Positions 44,738 to 56,163 of a stretch of 64,000 bases of DNA are shown in pieces. The stretch is taken from contig OX337235.1 of assembly GCA_946965045.2 (NCBI GenBank), positions 3,348,001-3,412,000 of the forward strand, in the 5' to 3' direction. The notes below the pieces were generated by a model that did no database searches, was not told the DNA's origin, and was given only the letters and a program-made list of their open reading frames with translations. Made by a program: the position numbers and the translations under genes. How positions within the stretch are numbered: position 1 is the stretch's first letter; each line of letters begins with the position of its first letter. Origin of the DNA: Epithemia pelagica. Its lineage: Eukaryota > Protista > Bacillariophyta.

Positions 44738-46381
44738 TTATTGTCCCAGAAGCCGGGCCTTGATTCTGGGAACATACGGGTCCATGAGGGGCCAAAGCGT
44801 AGATCCTTTCCAATCTGAAACATAATTGTCCAAATCCGCCGAATTTCGATAATGGACCAAAAGACCTTGAGTGGTCGTATTGACCATGTAAACGCGAGGT
44901 TTTGTCCAATTCACGGTGAGGCGGGGATAGTGCACCACGTAGTGCAGAATCCGATCTGCTTTCATTATCAGTTTGTTGTCTGAATGGTGCTTTCCCGTAA
45001 AGCATCGTCGGGCCTCCATGAGAAGGATCGTTGGGTCGTACGTTGTGTTGGTTCCATTGCACATGGTGAAAACATGAGGACGAAAGTGCACAGCGTCCAA
45101 TTCTTCCTCTTGAGGCGATTCCTCGAATACCTTATCTAGAAAGGCAACCAAATTCTTTTTAGTTGGTGAATGCACTGGAGCGGGCTCGCTGGAAGCAGTA
45201 TTCGACAATGACACCATGGAAGAAGGGGGCGGAGGTACCGAACCCCCCTCGTCTCCGAGATAGATAAACTCGTCCACATCCCAGTCTCCAAAGTAGCGCG
45301 TATACGGACCGTAACGATGCAGAGCACTCAATTCGGCAGCAAATTGTCCTCGTGCCACGGGCCATCCCTCCGGGTTGAGGCAATAGGGATGAGGAAACCA
45401 CACATATGTCACAATACCCCGACGAATATAGGGCAAGAGGAGCCTTCGTAACCGGCCAACAACATGTTCCTCTTCATTGTCGTAGACAATAAAGTGTTGG
45501 ACACCAATCTCCAAGTGATATTCCATCCATTCCAACAAGTAGCGACCATGATCTTGAAAGACTCCATGTGTGTTATTTCTATCACTGATGTAGTTGCGTA
45601 CAAAATTAGGGGTCAGAAGTCGGATAACCACCAACATGGTCATGCCATACTTTTTGTTTTGTGCATGCCCAAGAGCCAGATGGGTGGGAGTATCAGGCTG
45701 GTACCAAAGATTGGAGCAAACTGGAATATCCTTGATACTATCCCTTCCTTCCACTAATGCTGTACTTGCGACCTCGGGCTTTCTGGGAGGACCATTTTCT
45801 TCGACTTGAAGTTCATCATGAATGGCATAGAGTGAAACTGTCAAATCTGTTGATTGTGATCCCACAGTGGTCACATTCTTGCGCAATTCCATCGGGATGG
45901 TGCATCGAAAGGAAAAGGAGGGAGTCCAGTCATCGCCGTTGGGATGTACGTAGTCACTCCAAACTTTGTGATTACCTGGTTGAAACTCGCATAAGAATCG
46001 GACTCGATTCTTGGGTGAATAAAAGAACTTTTGATTGTATGATGCATAGCCTGGTTCGCAGCCACTGCTGGCCAGGGCGACAAAGACCACATGCGTTTGC
46101 GTGGCATCTTGAAAGACATCTGACAAGTAGGGCAGTCCGGAATCATTTTGAGGTAGCGGAAAAGATTGAAAGTTACATTGTCGTAGACGCTGTTGAAGAG
46201 GAGGACTATTCTCACTGCTTTTACTGATTGCATGGCGGTTGGCGACCTCAGCTTCAAGCTCTGCTGCACATTGGTAAAAAAGGCCCAGAAATCCCGTGAG
46301 CATAACTTGGGCTATCACAAGTATCGTGACGACAGACGAGAGTAAGATTTTCCTCTGATTTCCTGCTGTCCAGCTCCTCAT
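44738..46381 (-). CDS. GT92-like glycosyltransferase (copy 3)
   Basis: ORF intact with a few missense differences. Confidence 0.88.
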   Translation of the reverse strand: MRSWTAGNQRKILLSSVVTILVIAQVMLTGFLGLFYQCAAELEAEVANRHAISKSSENSPPLQQRLRQCNFQSFPLPQNDSGLPYLSDVFQDATQTHVVFVALASSGCEPGYASYNQKFFYSPKNRVRFLCEFQPGNHKVWSDYVHPNGDDWTPSFSFRCTIPMELRKNVTTVGSQSTDLTVSLYAIHDELQVEENGPPRKPEVASTALVEGRDSIKDIPVCSNLWYQPDTPTHLALGHAQNKKYGMTMLVVIRLLTPNFVRNYISDRNNTHGVFQDHGRYLLEWMEYHLEIGVQHFIVYDNEEEHVVGRLRRLLLPYIRRGIVTYVWFPHPYCLNPEGWPVARGQFAAELSALHRYGPYTRYFGDWDVDEFIYLGDEGGSVPPPPSSMVSLSNTASSEPAPVHSPTKKNLVAFLDKVFEESPQEEELDAVHFRPHVFTMCNGTNTTYDPTILLMEARRCFTGKHHSDNKLIMKADRILHYVVHYPRLTVNWTKPRVYMVNTTTQGLLVHYRNSADLDNYVSDWKGSTLWPLMDPYVPRIKARLLGQ

Positions 46382-47300
46382 TGTTTCAATCGTCTTTATG
46401 ACAATGTACAAATACCTCGACCGTCTAGCAGAGTGCACTAGATGCTGAGAGGCAGAATTGTGATGTATCAGGAGAGAGGTGAGGGTAATTGGCTCATGAT
46501 GAAACGATATTCCTACCCAGGTTCGGTTGCTCGGATGGATCTTGGTTCGACACGAATAAGCCCTATATGGAAGCACATGCTTCCGCGTAGCAGAGTGCAC
46601 TACCTATTGATGTTGAGAGGCAGAATTGGTGAGATGAATCAGGAGAGAGGTGAGGGTAACTGGCTCATGATGAAACGATATTCCTACCCAGGTTCGGTTG
46701 GTGCTCGGTTCGACATGAATGGAAGCACATGCTTCCGCATAGGGCTCGTGCTCCTCCCACCAATGCGAGAAAATACATCACTATCTTCCACCGACCGGGA
46801 TTCTATGTGGGTGCACCTGGCGCGCACAAAGTGCACATGCTCTACCGACGAGATCACAAAACCCAAAACTCTTCTATCCGTACTTTTGATTTTCAATCGC
46901 TTCTTCTATTCGTACCAAAAGAAAGATTATCCGAGAGTCGCCAGGTAAGCAACGCATCCTCCCGGAAAGGCTATTTTCTCAGGATAGATGAGTCAGAATT
47001 TGAAATCAATAGGCCGACTATACCTCTCAGTCCAAGGCACTCTCTATGGCTAGCACAAGGACTTGCTCCACCGGACTGCCTGCTTTTATCTCGATTGTTC
47101 TCGTCGTTTCATTCCATTTGTCAAGAGCGAGAAATCCCCTATTGCGCGCATCTTCTGGAGAGCGAAGAGGTTAGACTGTTGATGGTGCTATTTGCGCCGA
47201 GCGTCACGGATGATCATTCCTTTCAAGGATACAGTGAGCTCAAGAATCATTTTCTTGGGCCTGTCGTGTTTTTGTTGTTTTTGTGCAAGTAGAGAATGTA

Positions 47301-49235
47301 CTATTGTTCTTCTTGCTGGTGCTGCAGGAGGAGCTGCTGTTTCTTGTCCTTGTCTTGCTGCAAGAGGTCTTCGGCCCATTGGGGAATGGGCAATCCAAGC
47401 AGCACATAATCAATGCACATGTATTCCAAAACCTTTTGCACTGTATGGGCATTGTAATAGCGTGTCACTCGTGCCGTGGGTCTTGCACTAGTACGTGTCG
47501 GCATTGTCTTGGTTGTGTCAGGGTCGTGGTGACTGTCGTCCATCACCTTTTGTTCCTTGTCCATCCATGCAGTTGTAGATGCCGTTGTTGTTGTATCGGA
47601 AAGATTAAAGAGGCGATTCATTAATTCTACAAAGTGTCGAGTGTTGGTAGAAGAATGACGATCCACAACAATTTGTTTCAATTGATGCAAATCGTCCGTC
47701 CCCAGCATACCTAAGAAACGCAAGCAAAAAGTGTTAGTCATATGGAATTCCCATCGCTATGCATTGAATTTGAGCTCTCGTCCATAATGATACGTACCCA
47801 CAAAGTCATAGTCGGTCAACAAGTTGCGAAACAAGCCTTGACAATACAGCGCTTGGGGATAGAAATGAACATTCCAAGACATGGAAAAGACGTCGACGTA
47901 GAATTGAAACCACAATGCATGTTTGGCACTGTCAAAATCCAAATCACCCGTAATGGCGCGATGATGTTGATTGTATTGTTTCACATTGGGCGGTTGCAAT
48001 GGTTTGTCATTTTGGTGTTTTGTCTTTGTTTTGGTTGTCCTTGTTTTATTCATCAAGGGCGGCGGCAAGAGGTTGGTTCGTCCACTGGCATGATGTTCAT
48101 ACCATTGGACTTGATCCGTGGAAGCTCCAAACAGGAGATTGGGTTGACAATGATGTGCTTGGAAGCGGGTGGCACCGGTACACTTGTCGACAAAGGCCGA
48201 CAAGAACCGTTCCAAGGGATCGCGCAACAAGACGGCACGAGTGACACGACGACGAGTGCCGTTGGTGGTGGATGACGACAATGGCAAGTAACACTGTTTG
48301 GCGCGTCGAGTCGTATTCATATTCTTAGTTGTGGTGGTGGTACCGTTGGTTGGTTGAAAATAGTCCGGATCGTTAAGTTCACATTGCAAGCGTCTCCATC
48401 GACTGCTGGATACTTTTTCAATGGCACAAAAACGAAGCAACTGGTCGGACTGATTCTTGGTCACGTCATGGTTATCATTGGAATTGGACAAGCGAATCCA
48501 CAAATCATGAAAGCCGGCATGCAAATCGGAATAGGGAGACGCATCGCGCATCAAGGTTTGAAACCACCAAGGCCACAATGCGCGAGTGGTGGACGTACCC
48601 CGTTCGCGCAAATGACGCAAACACTCTTCGTATTCGAAACGGTTGGTATCCTCGTCCTTGTTGTTGTTGTTGCTGCTGTTGGATGCATTGATATTTGGAC
48701 TGGTTTCTGACAATGTTTCATTCGAAGCTTGTTGTTCCAGACAGGTTTGCAAATGACGATAGGTTTCTTCAAAGGCCGTGGTGACAATTTGCCAGGCCAA
48801 GGGTGTCGTTGTGCGATGAATTCGATGCCACTCCCAGGCTTGTCGTCGTCGTTCGGTCGAGGCACCAGGTACAGTGTCGTCGGACTTTGTGGTACTGTTC
48901 CATACGGATGAGGACGATGCGGACCCTGTGGTTGCCGGTCGAATATTCATCCAGGGGCTCTTGTGGTTTGGTTTCGTTTCGTCCTGGATCATTCCAGGAG
49001 TATTGGTAATGAACTCCCTACGACGACTCGTATACGAATCGACGAGAGGATGGGATTGTCGCACCAGCATCCAATGTTGAATCACCAAGAGTCCCAAGGA
49101 GCATCCCAAGGCAATCGCCAATCCCCATACTAGTAGTGTTGGAGAAGATGATGACGACGGCACTCGTTTTGGTCGTGGTACAGCAGGAGACTGTCTTGTG
49201 GTGTGGTGGTAGAAATGGTGGTAACTGGACGACAT
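47301..49235 (-). CDS. Carbohydrate sulfotransferase (copy 3), intron 47711-47797
   Basis: ORF and splice sites intact. Confidence 0.9.
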
Positions 49236-49864
49236 TTGCTTGTTGGTTGGTTTGTTTGTGGCGCAGTAATCGAACGACAAGACGAAACAAGAGAAGAGCT
49301 GTCCCCCTCGATGAAAAGGTGCTCCAGAAGAAAAATAATGCGCGCCAGAGATTTTAATGGTCCCCCGGCGCTTCGTCCAAGACCAAGCGCGCCCAACTCG
49401 GTCACATAACAGAGGTGTGACGTCGCCGATCCGCGAGCGCGAGCGGGTGGAGACCAGACGTTGTGACAGAGGTGCTTCCCATTTTTCTGTAATGGCATCG
49501 CCCTGCGTGAGATTTTTTGTTGATGGCCCATCACCGACCAACCATGTCATGCAGGAATCTAAAAAAAACATGGAAGTGCAAAACACTCTTGGTTTCAATT
49601 CCTTGTTGTGTTTGCCGATTGTCGTCTTCGCTTGCCTACCCGTATTAGACAACTAGAAATTATTGGATTACGTTGTGGACAAAAGGACTCGTCTCGAAAT
49701 CGGATTCTGTTCCCTTTCCGTCGCACTCTTCCCAGTGAGGAATCGACTATTTGATCACCGAAATTGACAACGAGAATCTCTGTATCAGAGGATCAGAGAG
49801 CGTACAACCAAAGCATCGGTTTCATTCCTCGCCACAAAGAAGAAGAAAAAGAACCCTGTTCATC

Positions 49865-52800
49865 ATGGACCACGAGTCAGTGGGTCGGTCCCCACAAGAT
49901 TCATCCGCAGAAGAACAGACACCGTTGTTGTCCTTGTCATCCTCCTTTCCAGGTCGTTCCAATCCTTCCTTGTTACAAAGGAGCCACGACGGTTCTTGGA
50001 ATGGAACTCAACTGATTCCTCCCCTTCATCATACAACTACAAATCCTTCCGGTCTAGAGGGCACAACAACAACCACAACAACATTTGGTGATACGAATAC
50101 GCTGGCCCCCTTGGAAGGCTACCTTTCTCATTCGTGGAGAGACGCAATTCACACAAACAAGAAGGAACCTTACGACAAGAGTCTTGTGCAAGACGAGGAA
50201 GATTTAGAGCCTGGTGGTGGTCGCCGTCGTCGACCACGTCTCCGTCCTCGTTCTCCCTCCACCCAGCAGTCCTTCTTCTCGTTGTGGTCGAGTGGTTGTT
50301 CCTGGTGCTGGTCGCATTCGCAACGAGTCAGTCGTGTCTTGATTTATGCTGCCATCAATCTCTTATTGGCTGTGCCCGGCTTGTATGGGTATGCGGCGGT
50401 CATTTTCAATCATGCCGTCTTTCGTCCCTACACCAATGCCTTGGCTAAATTGGTCTTGTGGTCCAGTTTGGTCCATCAAGCTGGATTCCTCTGCTGTTCG
50501 AGTTTGAGTGGCTTTGCCATTGGGACGGTCCAAGATGCCGGATTGGTCTTTTTGTCGCGCATGAGTCATGACATTGCCACGCAAATGACGCTCCGGTACC
50601 AACGCGATGACTCCTACTTTGTCCATGCGCTGGAACCACCACAAGGTCTCTCGACGAACGACACGAATGATAGCAGCAGCAGCAGTAGCATCATACTGGA
50701 TCAAGCCATTGTTTCGACCACCGTGGTTCTCTTATCCTTGAGTACGGCCTTGTTGGGTGTTTGTTTGGTCTTGATGGGACATTTTCGACTCGCCCATGGC
50801 ACTGTTTCCTACTTGCCCATGCCCGTGGTGGGAGGTTATTTGGCCTTTATTGGATACTTTTGTGTTCAGGCCGGAGTTGCCCTGGCCATTTCCACCCCGC
50901 TTGTTACCTTGCGCGATTGGGTGACGCAAGTCTTGCTCCGGACCGATCATTTGCTACTGGCACTGCCCGCTTGTGTCGCAGGATTGGTCTTGACCTGGGT
51001 GGCCCGAACAGGACATGCCACGGGGCAGGCCAGTCTCTTGCCGGCCTGCATGGTTGCCATTCCCGCCCTCTTTTATGTCATTGTCTTTCTTCATTATCGT
51101 TGGACGACTCACGACGCGGACAAGGAGTCTTCTTCGTCGTCTTCCTTTTTGGATACGGCCCGCACTCATGGTTGGGTCGGACCCGTGGCACCTCCCACAC
51201 CCGTGTCCGATTTGGTCCAATTGATTCATTGGCAATGGATTGATTGGTCCATGATTTCGCACATTGGTGGAACCTGGGTGGGTATGGTCTTGGTCGTTTC
51301 CTTTGCCTCCTGTCTCGATGTGGCGGCCATTGCCATGGATATGGGACGTCCGCTCGATACCAATCGCGAATTGCGGACCGTTGGAATTTGCAATGGTACG
51401 TACTGCACGTGGCGACCGTCCCGAAAAAAGAGTACCACAAAACAAGAGCGATTTCCAAACTTACACCATGAATTATTTCTCCTTGCCGTGCGTCCCATTT
51501 CTGCGTTTGAAAACCGAACCATTACAGTCATGTCCGGTCTGACGGTTGGCTTTACCGGATCGTACATTTTTTCCCAAACCATTTTCACCTACCGGACCGG
51601 TGTTCATACCCGGTGGATTGGTATTTGTATCATGGCCCTGTACCTCTTTTTTGTCCTTTCTCCCCTGAATTTGTTGGAATGGTCACCCCTCTTTTTCTTG
51701 GGCAGTACCTTGATTTTCATTGGCTACGATCTCTTGTACGAATGGTTGATTGAAATTCGAGACCGCATCTTGTGGTTTGAGTACGCTCTCATTTGGGGTA
51801 CCTTTGTGGCCATTCAAATCGTGGGTGTTGATGTCGGAATTTTGGTCGGTGTCGTGTCGGCCATGGTGGAACAGGCCTTGTCCACGGCGCAAACCACCAC
51901 GGTCCTGTGTGTCCCCAAACGATCCAAGGCGGTCTGGAGTCGCGAGGAAATGCAACTCTTGCATCGCCATGTCTATCAACAAAATGACAGTACACGACCC
52001 ATTGTCACGTTGGAATTGATGGGACCAGTCTTTTTTGGCTCCGCCCTCTATCTCATGGAACGACTCTTGCACGAAGTGGGCCTTTCGACGGCCCTCGACC
52101 ATGGCAACAACCACAACAACACCAAGGAAAGGATACAGAGCAACGGAAATGACACAAGGACGGACAATGGGCCATTCAAGGGATCCCCCGCCATTCCCCA
52201 TAGTCCACGGACGTCGCCGTACTTTGTGGCGCTCAACAAACGACCGTCCTTGTTTCATCAAGACGTTGCGTCGACCGTCTCCCACGGCCCCAACCATCGC
52301 ACGACCACTAGTGGCGGCTCGATTCCCCGGCGCAGTCCTCCCAAATATTGCGTCTTGGATTTGACGCAAGTGTCCAACATGGATGCCTCGTCGGCTCGTT
52401 CTTGCTTTGTCCAGTTTGCCAAATTGTGCAGTCAAGAGGGTATTACGGTCTGTGCCTCGGGTGCTACACCCCGCATTGCCTGGATGCTACGGACGCATCA
52501 AGCCGCGTATCCACTCCAAGAGGAAGAAGAACGAATCAAGGCGACCTTGTGGCACGTGACAAAAACATGCTCGACCACCACCTCCTCCAAATCCTTGCAA
52601 TCCCCGACGTTCCAACACCCCAAAGTGGACAAGATTCTCCTATTTCATACCACCCATGAAGCCTTGGAGTTTTGTGAAGCAAGTTTGATTCATGAATTTC
52701 AAAGTCAATCCACGTCGTTGTCCCAGACTAGTTCAACCGTCATGTCGGCGTCCCTGGGTTCCGGCAAGGATACGACACTCTCTTCCATTCTGGGACGATT

Positions 52801-53488
52801 TCTCTTGGCCGGTTCCATTGCCACGGGCTACTCCCCCGAGGAGCTGCTCATTATTTTACAACGACTCGACAGTCAACGATATCATTCGGAATTGGAGTAC
52901 CAGGCGGGCGAGAAAATCATGGCCCAAGATACCCGACCGGAATCCTTTTATGTCGTGCTGGAAGGAGCAGTGGCCAGTGGTGCCGCCACTCCCGAATCCG
53001 TTCAACGACATCGACAACCCATTGTGTCGGGAGCCGGGCCCGTGCACTTGACGCAAAGTTCGAGTTTTACCAATTTGCTGGATGCGCTACCACTGGCATT
53101 TGGAGGACGGGGACAGGACGGGGCGGAATTCACAGCGACGACGACGACGACCGCAAACCCGACCGGAATACCGCCACCACGCCAACCATTTCATCCCCAT
53201 GCAGGCAGCTCGGGTGGCGGTAGTAGTGGCGGTGCGTACCATCCTCCAGTCGTGGTGGGTACTGTTTGGCCCCTGGGAGGTGTCTTTGGATTTACCGATT
53301 TGTGGTTGGATCGACCTCGTACCTTTGGAGCCTTTGCCACGCAAGATCCGACCAGAGTGGCACGCATTACAAGATCGCACATGAATCTACTCCAACAAGA
53401 AGATGCTCAACTTTTTGGCTTGCTCCATCAAGTGCTGTTGCGCTCGAGTATCTTGGATTTGGCCAATTGCACCTGCCATGGAGTGTAG
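49865..53488 (+). CDS. SLC26/SulP-family transporter with STAS and C-terminal cNMP-binding-like domain, 2 exons (49865-51395, 51528-53488), about 1163 aa; the only intact copy
   Basis: Many TM helices and the motifs YLPMPVVGGYLAFIG and RELRTVGICN|VMSGLTVGFTGSYIFSQT. STAS features: LELMGPVFFGSA, VLDLTQVSNMDASS. cNMP-like features: YQAGEKIMAQDTRPESFYVVLEGAV, GGVFGFTDLWL. Substrate is not determinable from sequence. Confidence 0.92.
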   Translation: MDHESVGRSPQDSSAEEQTPLLSLSSSFPGRSNPSLLQRSHDGSWNGTQLIPPLHHTTTNPSGLEGTTTTTTTFGDTNTLAPLEGYLSHSWRDAIHTNKKEPYDKSLVQDEEDLEPGGGRRRRPRLRPRSPSTQQSFFSLWSSGCSWCWSHSQRVSRVLIYAAINLLLAVPGLYGYAAVIFNHAVFRPYTNALAKLVLWSSLVHQAGFLCCSSLSGFAIGTVQDAGLVFLSRMSHDIATQMTLRYQRDDSYFVHALEPPQGLSTNDTNDSSSSSSIILDQAIVSTTVVLLSLSTALLGVCLVLMGHFRLAHGTVSYLPMPVVGGYLAFIGYFCVQAGVALAISTPLVTLRDWVTQVLLRTDHLLLALPACVAGLVLTWVARTGHATGQASLLPACMVAIPALFYVIVFLHYRWTTHDADKESSSSSSFLDTARTHGWVGPVAPPTPVSDLVQLIHWQWIDWSMISHIGGTWVGMVLVVSFASCLDVAAIAMDMGRPLDTNRELRTVGICNGTYCTWRPSRKKSTTKQERFPNLHHELFLLAVRPISAFENRTITVMSGLTVGFTGSYIFSQTIFTYRTGVHTRWIGICIMALYLFFVLSPLNLLEWSPLFFLGSTLIFIGYDLLYEWLIEIRDRILWFEYALIWGTFVAIQIVGVDVGILVGVVSAMVEQALSTAQTTTVLCVPKRSKAVWSREEMQLLHRHVYQQNDSTRPIVTLELMGPVFFGSALYLMERLLHEVGLSTALDHGNNHNNTKERIQSNGNDTRTDNGPFKGSPAIPHSPRTSPYFVALNKRPSLFHQDVASTVSHGPNHRTTTSGGSIPRRSPPKYCVLDLTQVSNMDASSARSCFVQFAKLCSQEGITVCASGATPRIAWMLRTHQAAYPLQEEEERIKATLWHVTKTCSTTTSSKSLQSPTFQHPKVDKILLFHTTHEALEFCEASLIHEFQSQSTSLSQTSSTVMSASLGSGKDTTLSSILGRFLLAGSIATGYSPEELLIILQRLDSQRYHSELEYQAGEKIMAQDTRPESFYVVLEGAVASGAATPESVQRHRQPIVSGAGPVHLTQSSSFTNLLDALPLAFGGRGQDGAEFTATTTTTANPTGIPPPRQPFHPHAGSSGGGSSGGAYHPPVVVGTVWPLGGVFGFTDLWLDRPRTFGAFATQDPTRVARITRSHMNLLQQEDAQLFGLLHQVLLRSSILDLANCTCHGV

Positions 53489-54389
53489 CAACCTTCCAAA
53501 GAACACCAGAACGAAAGAAAAACCTCATCAGGATACCGGACAAAAATGGTTTCTTGGCATGTGTATTTTTTGTGTCAATGAAGGGAGCTTATTGCAACTC
53601 CAGTATGTCCTCCAAGTCCAACAAAACAGTTAGTTGTTCATCGAGAACAATGGTTCCCAGAATTGAGGGAAGGGATGTGTAACTTGCCGAAAGAAGTTGA
53701 ATGTCAAATGCGCGAACAAGGGTTCTTATATCTCTTCTTTCATTATAAGACAGTTTCACAGCCATGGTTGAGCTGCTGGTAATGATCTGGAACTTGGTGG
53801 GCTTGTGGTCTGTAATATTGGCTTGTGGCCCGGGCTATTATTTGAATCCTTGAGCGAGCAACATATGCACGAACAATCTTCAGGGTTTCTGCCATGCAAG
53901 TCTCCGCTTCAGGGTCGAGGAGCTGTTGAAAAGGCTCTGGATACGGTGTCAGCATCATTGTCTTTGGTTCTCCTTTGTCTGGGCCCAGCGCACAATACCT
54001 CCACCAGGAAGTCGTTGCCAGAGTTCTTCCGTCACAAAGGTCGTCATGAGATAAGGCAATTGAAGACCACTTTCTTGCTCCATGCACAGTGTTGTTTGTG
54101 TAGCCCGTCATGCCTTTTCGTTGTCATTGTATAGAATGGGCTTGGCTGGTCCCATATAATATGTGTTGCTTGAATCATCCATCCTATGCAAATAGGCTGC
54201 TTGTTATGAAAAAGGAGCTTTTCTCGAGTACTACTCACAGACTACTGGGCCAATTCACATGTAGTTAGATATATTATGGGTCATGCTGTCATAAATGGGT
54301 TGGATTCCCTCCGTCTTCTATATCTCAATTGTTCACGTTGCGCGCACATTCCGATACAGCATCAAGTCACAGACACAATCATAGTGGAC

Positions 54390-55601
54390 TTATCCCTCTT
54401 CTGGTAGAGGTGGTGCACACTCCTCAAATGCAATTTCGGTTTCCGCGTAATTGCCATCGACAGTACTGTAGTTACCAGCTTCGTTCAGCGAGATGTCGAC
54501 GTTCGGTGGTGCAAAAGTGATTGTTGCAGTACAGGATGCAAGGTACTCTGCGGAAACAAGGTGGAAGTAATCGTTTTCCCAAAAGTTTTGGAGGAGAAAC
54601 CAAACCTTTGGCTTTCCTGGATCTTCTGTTTCAACCTTACGCACCCCAAGCAGCACCATTGAGTGGAGAACACGCTGTTTCCCTTTCGATTCTCCAAAGG
54701 CACGAAACTCAGCTTCGTCCACTTCTCTGTCATGTACCACCTCCCTTTCGAAATTGGCCTCGATTGCAAATTGTTGAACCAATGCTGGTTCTTGGGAATG
54801 CTCGAACAGTCGGATCACATTTTGAACGCCGCAATAAAAGAAATATTCATCCAGTGACTTTTTGCAAATTGGTGCCGGCAAAAGCTGATGAGTGGAGGAA
54901 AGGCCAGTAATAGTTTTAAAGAACTCTTCCGATCCGAGTCCACAAGCTCCCGTTTCAATGTACTTCTTCTTCTTGGCAGGCTCCAAATTCTCGCGGATGA
55001 ATTGCGATATGTCTAGCATCCGGTGATTTGTTGTTTCTTGATCGGCACTTCGAAGGCATTGCAGATAGTGCTGTAGCAGAACACTGGCATGCAAACAACA
55101 GATTCCAGACCTCTGTTTACGAATGACAAGATAATTCTCGATGGCTTCTTCATCAAAGAAAAGCCATGAGAACTCAATCGATGGAATCTTTACAGCTCCT
55201 TCATCCTCCTTGCTTTCCTCGTCCCTTTTCATAGCTTCAATTTTTTCGACAAAGGTGTCAAACTCCTTTTTAAATGTGGTGGTGTAACGAAGAGTGTCAC
55301 CATGACCTGGGCTCCAACTGAAATCCTCTGACATTAGTCGTTTGGCACGATACTGTTTTAAGGCAGTAAGGCCTTCCCAATCCAAACCAAGCTCTGTTAC
55401 AAATTCTGCTGCCAGTCTTTCGCGCTCTGCCATGGACATGATTTGTTGATTTGTAGGTGTCCTAGGTGTCTCAGCACTGTGAGGAGTATCGGTGGAGCTT
55501 GTGGTGGAAGAGAGGGTGAGCTGGGGCGTGGGGGGATCGTCCGCAGTGGCAGGAGATTCAAATAATGCCGTATTTATAGAGGCGAGATTGTATGTTGACA
55601 T
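54390..55601 (-). CDS. Papain-like cysteine peptidase (copy 4, more divergent)
   Basis: Intact ORF with several substitutions relative to copies 2 and 3. Confidence 0.78.
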   Translation of the reverse strand: MSTYNLASINTALFESPATADDPPTPQLTLSSTTSSTDTPHSAETPRTPTNQQIMSMAERERLAAEFVTELGLDWEGLTALKQYRAKRLMSEDFSWSPGHGDTLRYTTTFKKEFDTFVEKIEAMKRDEESKEDEGAVKIPSIEFSWLFFDEEAIENYLVIRKQRSGICCLHASVLLQHYLQCLRSADQETTNHRMLDISQFIRENLEPAKKKKYIETGACGLGSEEFFKTITGLSSTHQLLPAPICKKSLDEYFFYCGVQNVIRLFEHSQEPALVQQFAIEANFEREVVHDREVDEAEFRAFGESKGKQRVLHSMVLLGVRKVETEDPGKPKVWFLLQNFWENDYFHLVSAEYLASCTATITFAPPNVDISLNEAGNYSTVDGNYAETEIAFEECAPPLPEEG

Positions 55602-56009
55602 GTTGCACAACACTGAAGTAAAATGAATGAACGAACGAACAAACAAAGACCGAATGAACGAATGAATGAATGTGATGGCTCTGCGTGAACTGCAAGGACA
55701 CGTTTCTATTCTCGACTCTCTCGTAGAAATATACAAATGTCCACGGGATTACGCTGCTCGCATTCCTCTGTTTTGTGTGTTGCGTGGATCTTCCCAAAAC
55801 TTGGAGCGCACAGGTGTGATAGGTGACAGGTGGCCCGGTGTGCGCTGAGCAATATTTTTGGACTATCATGTGTTTAGTCGGGTTTCGTTTTTGGGTTTCG
55901 TTTTCGCCATCGCTGGGCTCAGATCCTCATTGTCCCGTCTATTCTTTACTCAGTCGCGGTTTCCTGCTACTCTCTTCACCCTTCTCATCAAGGGGTAAGT
56001 TTTCTATTA

Positions 56010-56163
56010 TTGAAGTAAGAAAGCTAGAGTGTGTAAATGAGCGACCGCATTGGAATCCGGATTGATGACCATGGCGGCTCGGTGGCCATGCAATTGTGCC
56101 CTACACCCTCCACCATAAATCTTTTTTGGAGATGGGAGGAATCTTCTCTCATTCGCTTGTACT
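56010..56163 (+). promoter_or_regulatory. Captured upstream fragment of the ABHD18-like gene (copy 4)
   Basis: Diverged reverse complement of 62789-62980. Confidence 0.7.

Noticed and set aside
47757-49652. 631-aa extended sulfotransferase, and the longer GT92 and peptidase N-termini in the ORF track
   Set aside because: The extensions start at alternative codons, run through promoter-like DNA and are not conserved between copies. The downstream ATGs give sensible type II membrane or soluble N-termini.
49751-53488. 1245-aa single-exon SLC26 ORF from the ORF track
   Set aside because: It starts at a non-ATG codon and reads through a 132-nt GT-AG intron. Splicing restores the conserved N-V-MSG motif, and the likely start is ATG 49865.
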